Program-made: the position numbers and the translations under genes
From: Octopus vulgaris
Lineage: Eukaryota
Assembly: GCA_951406725.2 (NCBI GenBank)
Contig: OX597814.1
Span: 175,336,001 to 175,400,000 of the forward strand
Length of the DNA: 64,000 bases
Direction: 5' to 3'
Shown: one piece after another, positions 51,900-64,000 of the stretch
How the letters are laid out: each line of letters begins with the position of its first letter
How positions within the stretch are numbered: position 1 is the stretch's first letter
The notes under the pieces: generated by a model
Seen by the model: only the letters and a program-made list of their open reading frames with translations
Databases searched by the model: none
What the model was told of the DNA's origin: nothing

Positions 51900-52550
51900 A
51901 TTTCTGACTTAGGCACAAAGCCAGCATCCTTAAAGAGAGAGGATTAGTCGATACCATCGACTCTATTACTTGACTGGTACTTTAATTTATCGAATCTAGA
52001 GGGAAGAAAGTCAAGGTTGTTATAGTTGAACACAGAATGTAAACAGTCGGCAGAAATAACACAAGGCATTTAATGATTTTGCCTGCGCGCCACCTTATGC
52101 AAAGTTATGATAATCTTTTGTTTAACAGGTACAAGGCGTGGCATTTTGAGGTAGGGGGATAGATTGCATTGACCCCAGTGCTCAACTAATGCTTATTTTT
52201 ATAGAATTCGAAAGAATGAAAGGTAAAGTCGATTTCAGCGGCATTTGAACTCAGAACGTAAAACAGGAAGAAATGCCGCCTAACATTTCGTCCGTCGTGC
52301 TAACGAATCTGCCAACTCGCAGCCTTATGCGGAGTTATAATAATCAATTCTGCTATAGACACAAGGCCTGGAATTTGTGGGGAGGGGGTTAGTCGATCAT
52401 ATAGATTCCAGTACTTGACTGGTATTTAATTTATCGACCCCGAAAGGATAAAAGGCAAAGTCGACCTCGGTGGAATTTGAACTTAGAAGGTAAAGACTGT
52501 CGCTAAGCATTTTGCCTGGCGTGCTAACGATTCTGCCAGTTCACCACCAA
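51900..52550 (-). mobile_element. Three head-to-tail family-B SINEs with a repeated separator
   Basis: Separator ccttatgc..agttat.ataat at about 52093 and 52323. Confidence 0.8.
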
Positions 52551-52848
52551 AACGCAATTTGATAATAACGTGTGCACTGTCTTTATGACGTGTTAATATC
52601 AAATTCATTTTGATGTGTTGTGATAAAATTCTCGCACACGGCCGCAGCATCACCATACATATACTCCATATTCGTTGAGGGATTTGATTCAACACTTTAG
52701 AATAATGCACGCACACAAAGACAAACTATTCAAATTGTCCAATGTTTTCATTCTTAGAAGCAATTAGGTTTTCCTGTTTATAGTATCCATTCGCAACTAA
52801 TAAACTCACAGAAGAAGATTTTGCTTGTTGTTCATGACACAATAGAAA

Positions 52849-53062
52849 TAAGGCTGCGAGGAAGCAGAATCGTTAACACGCCAGGCAAAATGCTTGCCGG
52901 AATTTAGTCCGTCTTTGTTCTGAATTGAAATTCCGCCGAGGTCGACTTTGCCTTTCATCCTTTCGAGGTCGATAAAATATGTACCAGTGAAACACTGGGG
53001 TCGATGTAATCGACTAAACTCTCCCCGAAATTGCTGACCTTTTGCCAAAATTTGAAACCAAT
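52849..53062 (+). mobile_element. Family-B SINE (alternative tail)
   Basis: Head, core and aaatttgaaacc tail. Confidence 0.85.
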
Positions 53063-55807
53063 GATACAACACAGAATGTACAGCGCAGGATACGAACATT
53101 GACCTTTGCGCTGGTAAACTGGTCGTGTATCGACATGCTCAACCGAGACTAGCGTTTGTCTAATTATTAAATCATAATTGGAAGCTAGAACTTTACATTG
53201 TAGATTATAATTTTGCAAATTCTTCAATTAATGATAGATAAGGTAATTTTAATTTGTTCTTAATAACAGACTACCAGACATTATTTAGTGCAATAGAATC
53301 CGTTCTGTTGCACCATTTTAGTATCCCAACGTTAATGATAACTCATTAATATGGACTATTAGTAAAAGTCATTGAAATAATTAGAAGGTACGAAATAATG
53401 ACTTCAGTAATATAAAAGTGTTACTGAGAGATAACATTAACTACCAAGCTAATGTGATTTCTCGTCTCTTGATTTATATTATCAATAAAAGAGTTGGAAT
53501 GGTACTGTGTGGGAACAGGAACACTGAGTATCTATAATTTGGGTTTCATTACAATGAGATATTGCTACGAAGGCAATGTAAAAGAAAAGCTTCATAATAT
53601 TTGAATTTCTTCTTCGTATAGCGCAAGGCTTGCACGAGGTTCTATTTCATAGATTCTGATAGGATGAAGGCAAAGCAAGCCACCTTGGCGAGATTTGAAC
53701 TCAGTCGGGTCTCTCTATTATTTTTTCTTTAAATTAGATTAAAAAGCCTGATATTTTACGAAGAGAGATTAGAAATTATTATTGTTCATATCTTTCCCAA
53801 GAGTATTAGTGGTTTATATGAAGTGAAATAGTTAAACATTTTCAACAGAGGGATCAAAACTATATTGCAGTCTCGGCATGCTGGACGTTTGCGATGTCTG
53901 CCTTTGAATGAATCTAAATTTTGATTTATAATAAAGGTGCACGACTTTATATTTTGGGGGTCGGTATATAGCCGATTATATCGACCTCTAATACTTGACA
54001 CGTACTTCTATTTTATAGATCCCCGAAGGACGAAAGGAAAAGCTGGCTTCGGTGTTATTTATACTCCGAACGCAAAGGGCCTTCATTAAATACTGTTATG
54101 TTGTATTTTATCTAACAGTATTCTAACAATCCACCAAATATTGTTAAGGCTGCGAGGAAGCAGAATCGTTAACACGCCGGGCAAAATGCTTGCCGGAATT
54201 TAGTTCGTCTTTGTTCTGAATTGTTAAGTATGTAGTTTGTAAAATGAATCAATATTATCGATTTATGATAGTAGCACATTGCCCCTAAATTGGCGACAGG
54301 GTAGGGTTGAATAGGCGAATCTTAAGTCCTTGATTACCACCTTATTTCATCGACCCGACAAGCATGAAAGAAAAAGTTATCCACGACAGAATTTGAATTC
54401 AAAGTCTCATGCCACATAAACAGTTCATAAAATCCGAGAAACTGGAAGGTAACTGATATAATGTCATATATTAATTTTCCCTTTTCGAGTACTAAGTTAA
54501 AATCCTACCTACGTTTCAATTTCGATAACACTATTTTACCAAACTTGGTGAGATTGATATTAAAATCAAACCAAGTGAAAATTTTCTACCTGTGATATAT
54601 TTGTTGATTTAAGTTGATTTAACCAAAAATAGAATCTCCATTACACGAATTGACATTTTTGCTGAGATTGAGTGACGTTTATAACTTTCTAGAGGGAATT
54701 CGCAGAGCAAGCAAAATAAATTAGTTTCAGTCAGAATCGAAACCGAGTCACAAAATCAGCTTGTCATTTAATCTGAGAATATTCAATTTTCAAAGCGTTG
54801 TAATATAAAACAACTCCTCGCTTAAACTTACTCTTCTCCACTGAAACTGCTTCTCATAACTTACTCTATTAATACCCTTGGGATGGACATGAATGTAAAA
54901 ATATTTCATTCCGTTCGCCGAAAATTCACACATTTTATTGTCAATAGAAACTAATAACCAAAGTTTCATGATAGTAGACTACGCTGATTGCTTCCAATAT
55001 GCCTTTCCTAAGCATAGAATATTACAAAAAAAAAAAAAAAAAGGAAATAATTTAAACTACGAAAAAATTGGACAAGAGAAAAAAGTGATAATCATGTATC
55101 ATTTTTTGTTCTTCACTTATATCTTGCTAAACGGTTTGCTTTGTGTAAAATCCTGCACTGTAGCACAAATCGGCGAGACAGACTGTTAACAAAAGTTTCG
55201 TGACGTTCCTATATTAGCATCGTGTGTCGAAATAATTTCTTTTCTGTAGCTAGGTTGTTATTTATTATTCCGTGCATTAATTTGCATTTAGTGATTGATA
55301 TTAATAGACTTTGATAGTAACAGTTGAAAATTTAACTGGATTTCCAATTAAATAGCACGCAATTATATAAACAGTCTAGGTGCATGTTGTCCATATTTAG
55401 AAGCAGCGGCAATCATGAATGCAATAAAAAAAATCAATTGAATGAAAATGGCTAATTTGTTTACTCAATTCTTTTTGATCAAAACACAGCGTGGACAAGA
55501 AATGTCTGTGGAATTCATTTAGTAGGGTGGGTCTGAGGTACTGAGGCGGTGCTGGGGACTAAAATCGAATTGAATATAATATTTCATCATTGACTTTTAT
55601 GCACGACACCTGATTCTCAGATATATTTTCAGGAGTTTCCATGCGGTCTCTCAACCTATAAGAAATAGCAGCCAAATCTACTTCAGATTAATTCGTACCG
55701 GTTTCAGAAACAAAGGATTGGATGAATAATGGTTCTATTAATAATCCAATCCTGTGTCTGAATAAAGGTTCATATAGTCACGTCTGGAATGCCTTTGAAC
55801 ATAGTTC

Positions 55808-56238
55808 GGATCTTTTCGGTTTGAACGGCAGTTTTTTTCTAGCGGTGTCATATGAAATTGTCACCCATAATTATGGCACTAGTATCGATCTATTGCATTT
55901 CAATCTGTTTTAGGGTTAGGGTTAGTTAGGGTTAGGGGTGGGGGAAGGGTATCTTTTTTTCTTCACAAATGTAAATAAACCCAATCTGTTTCTTAAACGA
56001 GGGACATATTCATACGGCACTGAATGTTTTTTTTTTTACCTCAATGGACGTCATTGACTGGTTGAAATTGCAGAAACTGAAGAAAAAAACAACAAATATC
56101 TTACAAACTATAGAAATTTCTCAATAAAGCCAAGAGAAAAAGATGTTTTATAAACACATTTTACCAGTATAAGAAGTTTAAAATTTTTTAGTTACCTAGA
56201 AATTATGTTAAAAACTGCCGGTCAAACCGAAAAGACCC
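55808..56238 (+). mobile_element. Merlin-like MITE
   Basis: Both TIRs present; perfect 8-bp TSD catagttc. Confidence 0.93.
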
Positions 56239-56994
56239 CATAGTTCCGTTCAGTTTAAATGAGCTGGTGCTAAACATTCATCTTGGTTAATAGATAATCT
56301 CATCTTTTATTGCTTTAAGCAATATATATGCATTAAGCACAATTAGTAGAAGCATTAGACTATATCAGTATTTTACTAGTGGGTAAATTTAAACTAAGAA
56401 GTGCAAGACTATCTGCTTCATTAGTTGCACAGCAATTTAATTACTGGTCGACGATTAGGTAATTAAGAGGAAAGCATCTTTACACATAGCTCTGCAGACT
56501 GCAATTTGATCTGCTACTACACGTACCAATTTTACTGTGTCTTCTCTCGTTCTTGACGGATTCCTACCGATCTTTGTGTTTGTATAAAAGGATATTTCCA
56601 TTTCTTTTTTTTCATTTTACTCGTCTTTCCGTCTCTTCTCGTCTTGCTGTAGCTATTCTATGTCAATTATGCTATATAGCACAAAAGGGATTCTGCTTGA
56701 CATATTACACCCAGGCTTTCGTTTCTAATGCCTTGATACCTTAAAAAATATATAGGAATGTGGTTTCACTTAATCTGTTTGATCCGGTCGAATATGATCT
56801 ATTCTGCATACTGTTAAATGCTTGTTTTCCTTAATTCTCATTGATTTTAAAAGTATTTTGGTAATACTTGAATGATGAGTGAAACGCAGTACGGATGTAC
56901 TGATACATGCATATATACAAACGTGTGTGGGTGTATGTATGTATGTATGTATGTATGTATGTATGTATGTATGTATGTATGTATGTATGTATGC

Positions 56995-57029
<35 letters not shown>

Positions 57030-57031
<2 letters not shown>

Positions 57032-57575
57032 AGCAAAATGCCCCCCGTCCAATGGACGGTGCTGAGTTGTCAAACATTTAAACCAAATTTTCTCAAAACA
57101 ACTTGTCCGACCGTCCCATAGGCCTCCCCTTTGAGAAACACAGATTTAACCTAAATTTGAGACACCAGCAAAAGAAGAAATAAAGATAGACTTTTTTCTA
57201 TTCCAAGAAAAACGATTTTATTCACACAAATATGCAACCGAAGAGTTTAAAGTACCAGTAATGATAAGGCTGTTGACTGGGAGAACACAATCATGGTTTA
57301 AATAGTAAGCTTGGCAGGAAAGAAACGTGCCTTTAAGCAGTACAAAAACAACAAAAAATGGAAGGTGCAGTTATGTACAGGTTGATGGCAGGACAAAAAC
57401 GGCTTTATCGATCGCATTCTCATCTAGAATCAATATTTGTAATTTTTTCAAGACTTATACACGCCCTGATACCGTCGGTATCTACATATCAAATTTGAGT
57501 GCAATCGGACGGAGGATGCTCGAGATCCTAGAAGACACACACACAGACAGACAGAACGGGAACGGATTTTATATA
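57030..57575 (-). mobile_element. Non-autonomous Helitron within (TA)n
   Basis: Minus-strand 5' end tatataaaatccg..tctgtctgtctgtgtg..ccgattgcactcaaatttg; 3' hairpin ccgtcc-att-ggacgg about 11 nt before a CTTG end. Confidence 0.7.
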
Positions 57576-57804
57576 ATATATATATGTATATATATATATA
57601 TATATATATAATTTTAAACTCTGTTAAAATCCCCTTGTTTTATATATATTTATACCACTGATAAACAAAAAATTGTTGACACTAGTTGGGTATGTATATG
57701 AATAAATCTCCTTAAGAACAGCTACACGTTTTTCAAATTCAGATAAATTTTCAAACCCCAAAACATTTTTTCCTGCATGGGAATACACTTCTTCTTTCTG
57801 TATA

Positions 57805-57852
<48 letters not shown>

Positions 57853-58419
57853 CACACTAAATTTAAACACGTATGAGTTGGAAGATAAATTGCGGAAAAC
57901 AAAAATTATATTAAATTAAAACTAATCACTCCGCCCCCCTCCATACACATAATTGAAATAGCAGAGAAATTTGAAAGTGTGTGAAAATCAAGTAGGCTAA
58001 AACGATTTGAAAGCAGAAGGAGAATTCTATTTTTTCACATAATAGAATACTGCCCCACCGAATCTATTGTAGCAGCCTCTAATAAACAAAAGCTCTCTCT
58101 TTACTATCAAAACTCATATAATTACAACTCTAGTCACATGAACGCTCAACACACACACAGCTCCAGCACAGATACCCTTACATTAGACCACAACTACAAC
58201 CCAACCCATCCAACTGATACTGCCCGGAACGCAACCACAGAGGAGAAAAGGTAACAACCATGATACTTGACAGTCTTCCAAGGTTGTTGCAAGAAGGAAG
58301 GAAGTCATTTTTTGACCATAGATATGGCCTGAATGCTTGCAAAACAGTTCGCAGCGGGAAGTTATGCAAGGGTCAGGTATTGGGTTATTTTGATTCCGAT
58401 TCCTTTTACACTCCTTCAT

Positions 58420-58625
58420 TGCAGTACTTGTACCGGGACTGTAGTGCTTTCCGTGTCGGTTGCACGTAAAAGCACCCGCTACATTCTCGGAGTGGTTGGC
58501 GTTAGGAAGGGCATCCAGCTGTAGAAACTCTGCCAGATCAGATTGGAATCTGGTTCGCCAGACCTCAGTCAAACCGTCCTACCCATGCTAGCATGGAAAG
58601 CGGACGTTAAGTGATGATGATAATG

Positions 58626-58627
<2 letters not shown>
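58420..58627 (+). mobile_element. RTE-type LINE 3' UTR with (GAT)n tail
   Basis: gtggttggcgttaggaagggcatccagctgtagaaac..gcatggaaagcggacgttaa(gtgatgat), recognised as an RTE-associated terminus. Confidence 0.65.
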
Positions 58628-58680
<53 letters not shown>

Positions 58681-58759
58681 ATTTAGAGATAGAAGTCCCC
58701 ATGCAATTCATCAAATCCTAATGTTTTATTTTAATACTACTTCAGTTCCAAATATCTCT

Positions 58760-58851
58760 TCTACACGTGTTTCATGAGGTACGTTTAACGTTCTCGAGAC
58801 CCTCAGTCTTTTTCAGAAACATGACTTAACTGCAACCCCAATCATCAGGAC
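58760..58851 (-). ncRNA. Type I hammerhead ribozyme motif downstream of the Penelope-like ORF
   Basis: tc-CTGATGA-t-tggggt..acctca-t-GAAA-cacgtg-TA-ga. Intact core but only 2 bp of stem I. Confidence 0.65.
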
Positions 58852-59077
58852 TCTCCATAACTTATTTATAATTCTATAACTATTCTTATATTCTTATATT
58901 TTATCAGTTTTGTTAGTTTGTTGTTTGTTAGTTACATTCGTAACTGATAAAATATAAGAATATAAGAATAGTTATAGAATTATAAATAAGTTACGGAGAG
59001 TCCTGCTGATTGGGGTTGCAGTTAAGACATGTTTCTGAAAAAGACTGAGGGTCTCGGGAACGTTAAACGTACCTCAT
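58774..59077. repeat. Hairpin with 136-bp arms and a 32-nt loop
   Basis: Arms 58774-58909 and 58942-59077, 4 mismatches. Confidence 0.92.
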
Positions 59078-59229
59078 AAATTCGCCGAACCTTACCGTGC
59101 AAGCCATAATTTAATTAATTAAAATTTTAAAACTAAAATCAAACGTGACTTATGCCTAGGAACATACATACGAATTAAGAATACGTAGAAATGAAGAAAA
59201 CTATAATATAATAATGAAAAGAATATATA

Positions 59230-60690
59230 ATATAATGTATATGGCTGTAGAGTTGTCTAATAGTTTAAGGACAGTGCATTTGTAAATTACATTATATCTT
59301 CTGCAATGGGTTTGTAGCGAGCAGATGGTTCAGGGACGGCAGTTACAATTGGGTGAATTTTGGGGATTGTTTTCAGGAATGGAGGAGGTAATATTGTCAG
59401 AGGAGAGGTTAGAGAAGGGAGTACAAGGGTCTAAATTATTAGTATTATTAACGTTATCATTACCATCATTATTATTATTACTATTGTTGTTATTAATTGT
59501 ACTATTTGTAAGAGTGGTAGAGATTGTGGTGGCGTTCCGGGCAGTATCAGTTGGATGGGTTGGGTTGTAGTTGTGATCTAATGTAAGGGTATCTGTGCTG
59601 GAGCTGTGTGTGTGTTGAGCGTTCGTATGACTAGAGTTGTAATTATATGAGTTTTGATAGTAAAGAGAGAGCTTTTGTTTATTAGAGGCTGCTACAATAG
59701 ATTCGAAGTTGGGTGGGGCAGAATTGGATAGTTTCAAGGTAGATCTATTAAAGATAGAAACGATATTTATGTTGCCAAGGGAAGTTTTAGAGTCTAGTAT
59801 TTTAAAGAAGGATTTAGCTAAGTTCTTAACGTTAAGTGAGAAGTGGGGTGTGTGCCACAGAATAGAGCGTCCGCCGCTTTTTTAGGGTGTCTGGGAATAG
59901 TGCTATCTATGTTTTTAGATAAAGGAGTGCTATCTATATTTTTGGAGAATGGAGGTGGGTGGCAAGGTCTGTTGTTGTTAGCTGTTTTAGTTGTTTTAGT
60001 TTTTGGCCTAGTGTTAAATGTATGTGTGTCGGGTCTAGGTTGCCTTGGTGTAAGATCTTCCAGGGTTCTATCAACGAGTGTGTATGGTTGGTTGCGATTG
60101 TGATGGTTGGTGCTTCTTTGAGATGTGATCTGAGATATATATTGTTTGAGCCTGGTGTTATGAATGTATTTTATTTGTTGGGAAAAGCCGCTAGCGGCAA
60201 GTGCTTGATTGTAATATGGTGCGTGATTATTAAAAATTTCCTCAGTGGAAGAGAGGTCGGATATGCGGGTTGAGATGCCCTTGATTATGTTATCGAAAGT
60301 GGATTTGTGGTGATTGGAGTGAAAGTTAAAGTATTTAAGATATTGGTTAGGTTTGTGGTCAGGGGAGTATTGGGAGGTTGATAAGTTTAGAGCTAGGTCT
60401 AGAAAGTTAACAGTTTTGTGAGCGTTTTCGAATGTGATAGACAGGTTTAAGTTAGAGAAGAATTTATGCAGATCCTTTCTAGTTCTTTCCATGGAAGATT
60501 TATTTATGCTTTTGGTAACTAGCAAGGCGTCGTCCCTGTATAGGTCTCCCTTGATGTTAGGGAAATGTATATGGAGCTGGTGGAGTATATATAGTCCAAC
60601 CAAGTCAGTGACCTGAGCTGAATCAGATGATCCCATGGTTATGTCGAATAGGTTGGTATGTTTATTGTTATGGTGATTGGTCCGGCACAA
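59230..60690 (-). pseudogene. Penelope-like retroelement (Naiad-type): RT, N/T-rich linker, CxCx5Cx5C knuckle and start of GIY-YIG
   Basis: LFDITMGSSDSAQVTDLVGLYIL..LYRDDALL..VNFLDL..SNH..STRISDLSS. After a frameshift: IFNRSTLKLS..CNCRP*TICSLQTHC..NVIYKCTV..AIYI. Confidence 0.9.
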
Positions 60691-61179
60691 AAATTAGATA
60701 CGAGTGTGCATATACGGGAGTGTATGTAACATACATGCGTTTTGTATGTGTATGTATGTGTTGATGTGCGTAAATGTCTATATACATGTTTAATATATGC
60801 ATGTGTATACATCTTCACATATACATATATTCTTCGACTACTAAGTACTGAGCTGTCCTCTAAGCAGCCTAAACTATATTTCCAAATTCTTTATTCCACC
60901 ATTTTACTATCCAGCCACTCTCTCTGCTCTTCACTTCGGCTCTGTCACTACATATCTCACACTCCTTTACTCTTTACCCTCTCATCTCTTTATACTCTCA
61001 TATCTTTCTCTCTCACTCTCACCTCCCTTTTCCTTCTATTAATTTATCCTGAATGACCACAAGCCAGTAAACTCTCCCTCTCTTCATTTTTTTATTATCT
61101 CTCTCCCTGCTTTTCTTTTTCTCTCTCTTTTTTCCTCTCTTTATGTTTTTGATTTGACCTTACAAACACATTCCCAACT

Positions 61180-61226
<47 letters not shown>

Positions 61227-62785
61227 TGCATAATATGTATGTTTTCTACCTATCTGTCTATCATTTTTTCGTTGCTAGAAATTAGTCCCTGTACCGGATT
61301 TCGATTTTCATCCCCAGGAAATCAAGATATATACATGAATTTTATAATTACACATGAAATAATATATTATATATAGAAAGGTTTTTGTTCAAAACTGCGT
61401 TACTAGAAAACATGTTTACTGTTGAATTTTTTATTTCGCCATATCAATAATGTTTATTGCAGTTGTTATTTTTGACTAATAACAAATATTTAGAGACTTT
61501 TTCGCTGTTCCATTGGTTAATCTTAATTCATGTTTTGACTCTGTTAACACAAAAACGTATATAATTCTTTGTTGGTATCAATAGGTCAAACATCAATAAA
61601 TCACAACATTTTTAGAGTGTTGGACTCCATCCAATATTCAATATGTGCAGTCGTGAGAATGTCAAGGATTGCTATCCAAAACTTTGCTGAGTTAATATTG
61701 ATTTCGTTGGTTTAGAGAGAAGGTTACTTTTTTAAAAATAAGAGTAGGGTTTTTAGTCACTTCAATCGACTCTAGTATAAATATTATTTAAATGTCGATA
61801 AGCTGAAAAGTAACATTAACCCCAGATAAATTTGATCTCGAAAGAAGATTGAGTGATGAAAATGAATATTATAAGTAATGTGCCTGACATACTACAGAAA
61901 CGGCAATCCACTCTTCGATTTAATAGTTTTCAAAGAATATTGGCAAACATTTTCTTGAAGCAACCTTTTCTGTATGTATGTATGTATGTATGTATGTATG
62001 TATGTATGTATGTATGTATGTATGTATGTATGTATGTATGTGTGTGTGTGTGTTCAAGTCTGTCTTTCGCTGCTCATTGGGTAACTTCGTGGCTGTTTCT
62101 CAAAGGAAATTTGATTATAGATAACATAAAATAGGCAAATAACTTTCTTTGAAACTTCATACTAGAAATTATGGATATGAAAATAACGCTCGACTTATAC
62201 GCAATAGTCAGAGTTAAAACTACTTATACTGAGAAAAAAGAAAAATGCGAAGAAATAATTATGTAATATAAAAAAAAAGATATTAGTGAAGTAGATGTAG
62301 TTGATGTTTTGCTGATAAGGTTATAACAATATCAAAGCATATCCAGAATTATCTAACCTCCTTACAAAACCAAAATAACAGTAGTATTTGACTAACATTC
62401 TTTTTACTGCAAAGCATAATTTTTACAAGTTAAATAGATTTTTTCATAGTGTTTGAACTGTTTATGTTAACATTAATCTACTAATACTAATGATGTATTT
62501 GAATTGTTCTCCAAATATATATTTGAAAATATTGTCGCTTGAGCGAAGAATCAACTGTTTTTTCATCTGAACTATTTTCTTTATTATTTTTTAAATTATA
62601 TAATCCTTTTATAATAAAAGCATGACATATCTTACGGTTTTGTTTGTTTGTTTCTTATTTATAACTTTCGCTTTTATATCTTCCTTTTAAAACCAATAGA
62701 ATATGCAAATTTCCTTTGTTTTAAAAAACCATTTACTTTACCGTTCTCTCTTTTTCAATTCACTGTTTCGTTTAATCATATATAT

Positions 62786-62861
62786 ATATCACTTTAAATG
62801 TAAAAGCGGAATAAAGTAGAACATAACGACCAAAACAAAATCTGTTTAATATCTTAATATC

Positions 62862-62911
<50 letters not shown>

Positions 62912-62981
62912 ATATTAAACGATATTTTTTGTTTTGGTCGTTATGTTCTACTTTATTCCGCTTTTACGTTTAAAGTGATAT
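62786..62981. repeat. Inverted repeat (~70-bp arms) around (TA)n
   Basis: atatcactttaaa..aatatctta versus taagatatt..tttaaagtgatat. Confidence 0.9.
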
Positions 62982-63479
62982 CTTCAAAGAGCAGATACAG
63001 TAACTTGAGTTTTTCTTCTACATTCAATGATATTAGAATGTTCTCTCTGTGTAGATCTCCGACCGTTTTGGCGCATTTGATGTATGCAGAACTAGTAAAA
63101 AACACCTGCTTGACTATCGCTGTACTTAGGTATTCCACTTTCTGTATTATATTACATATTTTTATCACGAGCCAACAAAAACGAATGAGTATTCCGTTTT
63201 AAAAGGCATGAAATTTACAAAATCTCAATATCTTTGCTTAGATATTTATCGCCATGTGTCTAAGTAGCTAAATCAATATTCAAAACACGTACGTTAAATA
63301 GGTCAAAAGAAAACAAAATGTAAAGTTTAGTATTTTCAAGTTACTAATCAGTCATCATTAAGTAGACGACGGAGAATATTGAGAAGGCTCCTGGACTAAA
63401 TTAGAATGTGGACAGCTTCCATTGGAATGTTTATTTTTTATTCTATTCAGCACAAAGGCTTCTAACTTTAATGGTTATT

Positions 63480-63850
63480 ATAATACTATTAAGCTAATCA
63501 GTATTCGAAGATATTTCACAACTGGCAAACAGTTTCGTTCATCTTCATTTATGCAGCCATCAATAAACAATATATTTCTAAACGTTTCGTCATGTTTCTT
63601 CATTAAGTTTATACACTTGTCAACCATTCTTGATGTTAATTTCGAGATGATGGATGGCAAGAGCTGCAGAGTAGGAGGTAAGTTTATAATGAAAGGAACT
63701 CGTAACGCGTGTTTAATCCCATGTTGCAGCTACACCACTGGTTCTCTTCGCTGATACATTCACGAACGGAATGAGTGGGTTAGGTTCCCTTCGTCCTCCA
63801 TCTGGAGTTTCTAAAATCCATCGGCTATTCAAAGATAGTCTTGTCCCTGA
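63480..63850 (-). pseudogene. Possible highly decayed Tc1/IS630-like transposase remnant
   Basis: VDKCINLMKKHDETFRNILFIDGC resembles the ..C..L....ETF.NVIFTDEC first-Asp motif; several stops and frameshifts. Confidence 0.25.
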
Positions 63851-64000
63851 AAAAATCAACAAAGCCCGTTTGTAGCACCAGGGCGCAGTATGAGAATATA
63901 AAACAGCTTCAGAATGGAAATCGACACTGAGTAAGCAACTTAATTCGAAACCTCGCAATTCGATACTGCCAATTTGTTTCTTACCACTACTCAAACATCG

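Noticed and set aside
63422-63994. ORFs of 110, 60 and 93 aa as a host gene
   Set aside because: Short, without ATG starts, overlapping on opposite strands and with no confident family match.

Overview
AT-rich, microsatellite-dense eukaryotic DNA that is intergenic or intronic. The repeat content (tRNA-derived SINE families, R4/Dong, CR1, RTE, Tx1, Penelope-like elements) best fits an Octopus/coleoid cephalopod genome; this is recognition, not a database result. I cannot support any intact host protein-coding gene, and most listed ORFs are microsatellite or SINE artefacts. The window is a nested transposon landscape. It holds Naiad-type Penelope-like retroelements and many type-I hammerhead ribozyme motifs (three near-intact, several decayed). 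It also holds a GG...CC MITE family with 8-bp TSDs (Merlin-like) that carries TTAGGG tracts, non-autonomous Helitrons, and an LTR followed by three tandem 'LTR-end + PBS' units. SINEs occur as multimers and as serial insertions at one target, and there is a striking density of local fold-back (inverted) duplications. Coordinates were read by eye and may be off by a few bases at decayed ends.
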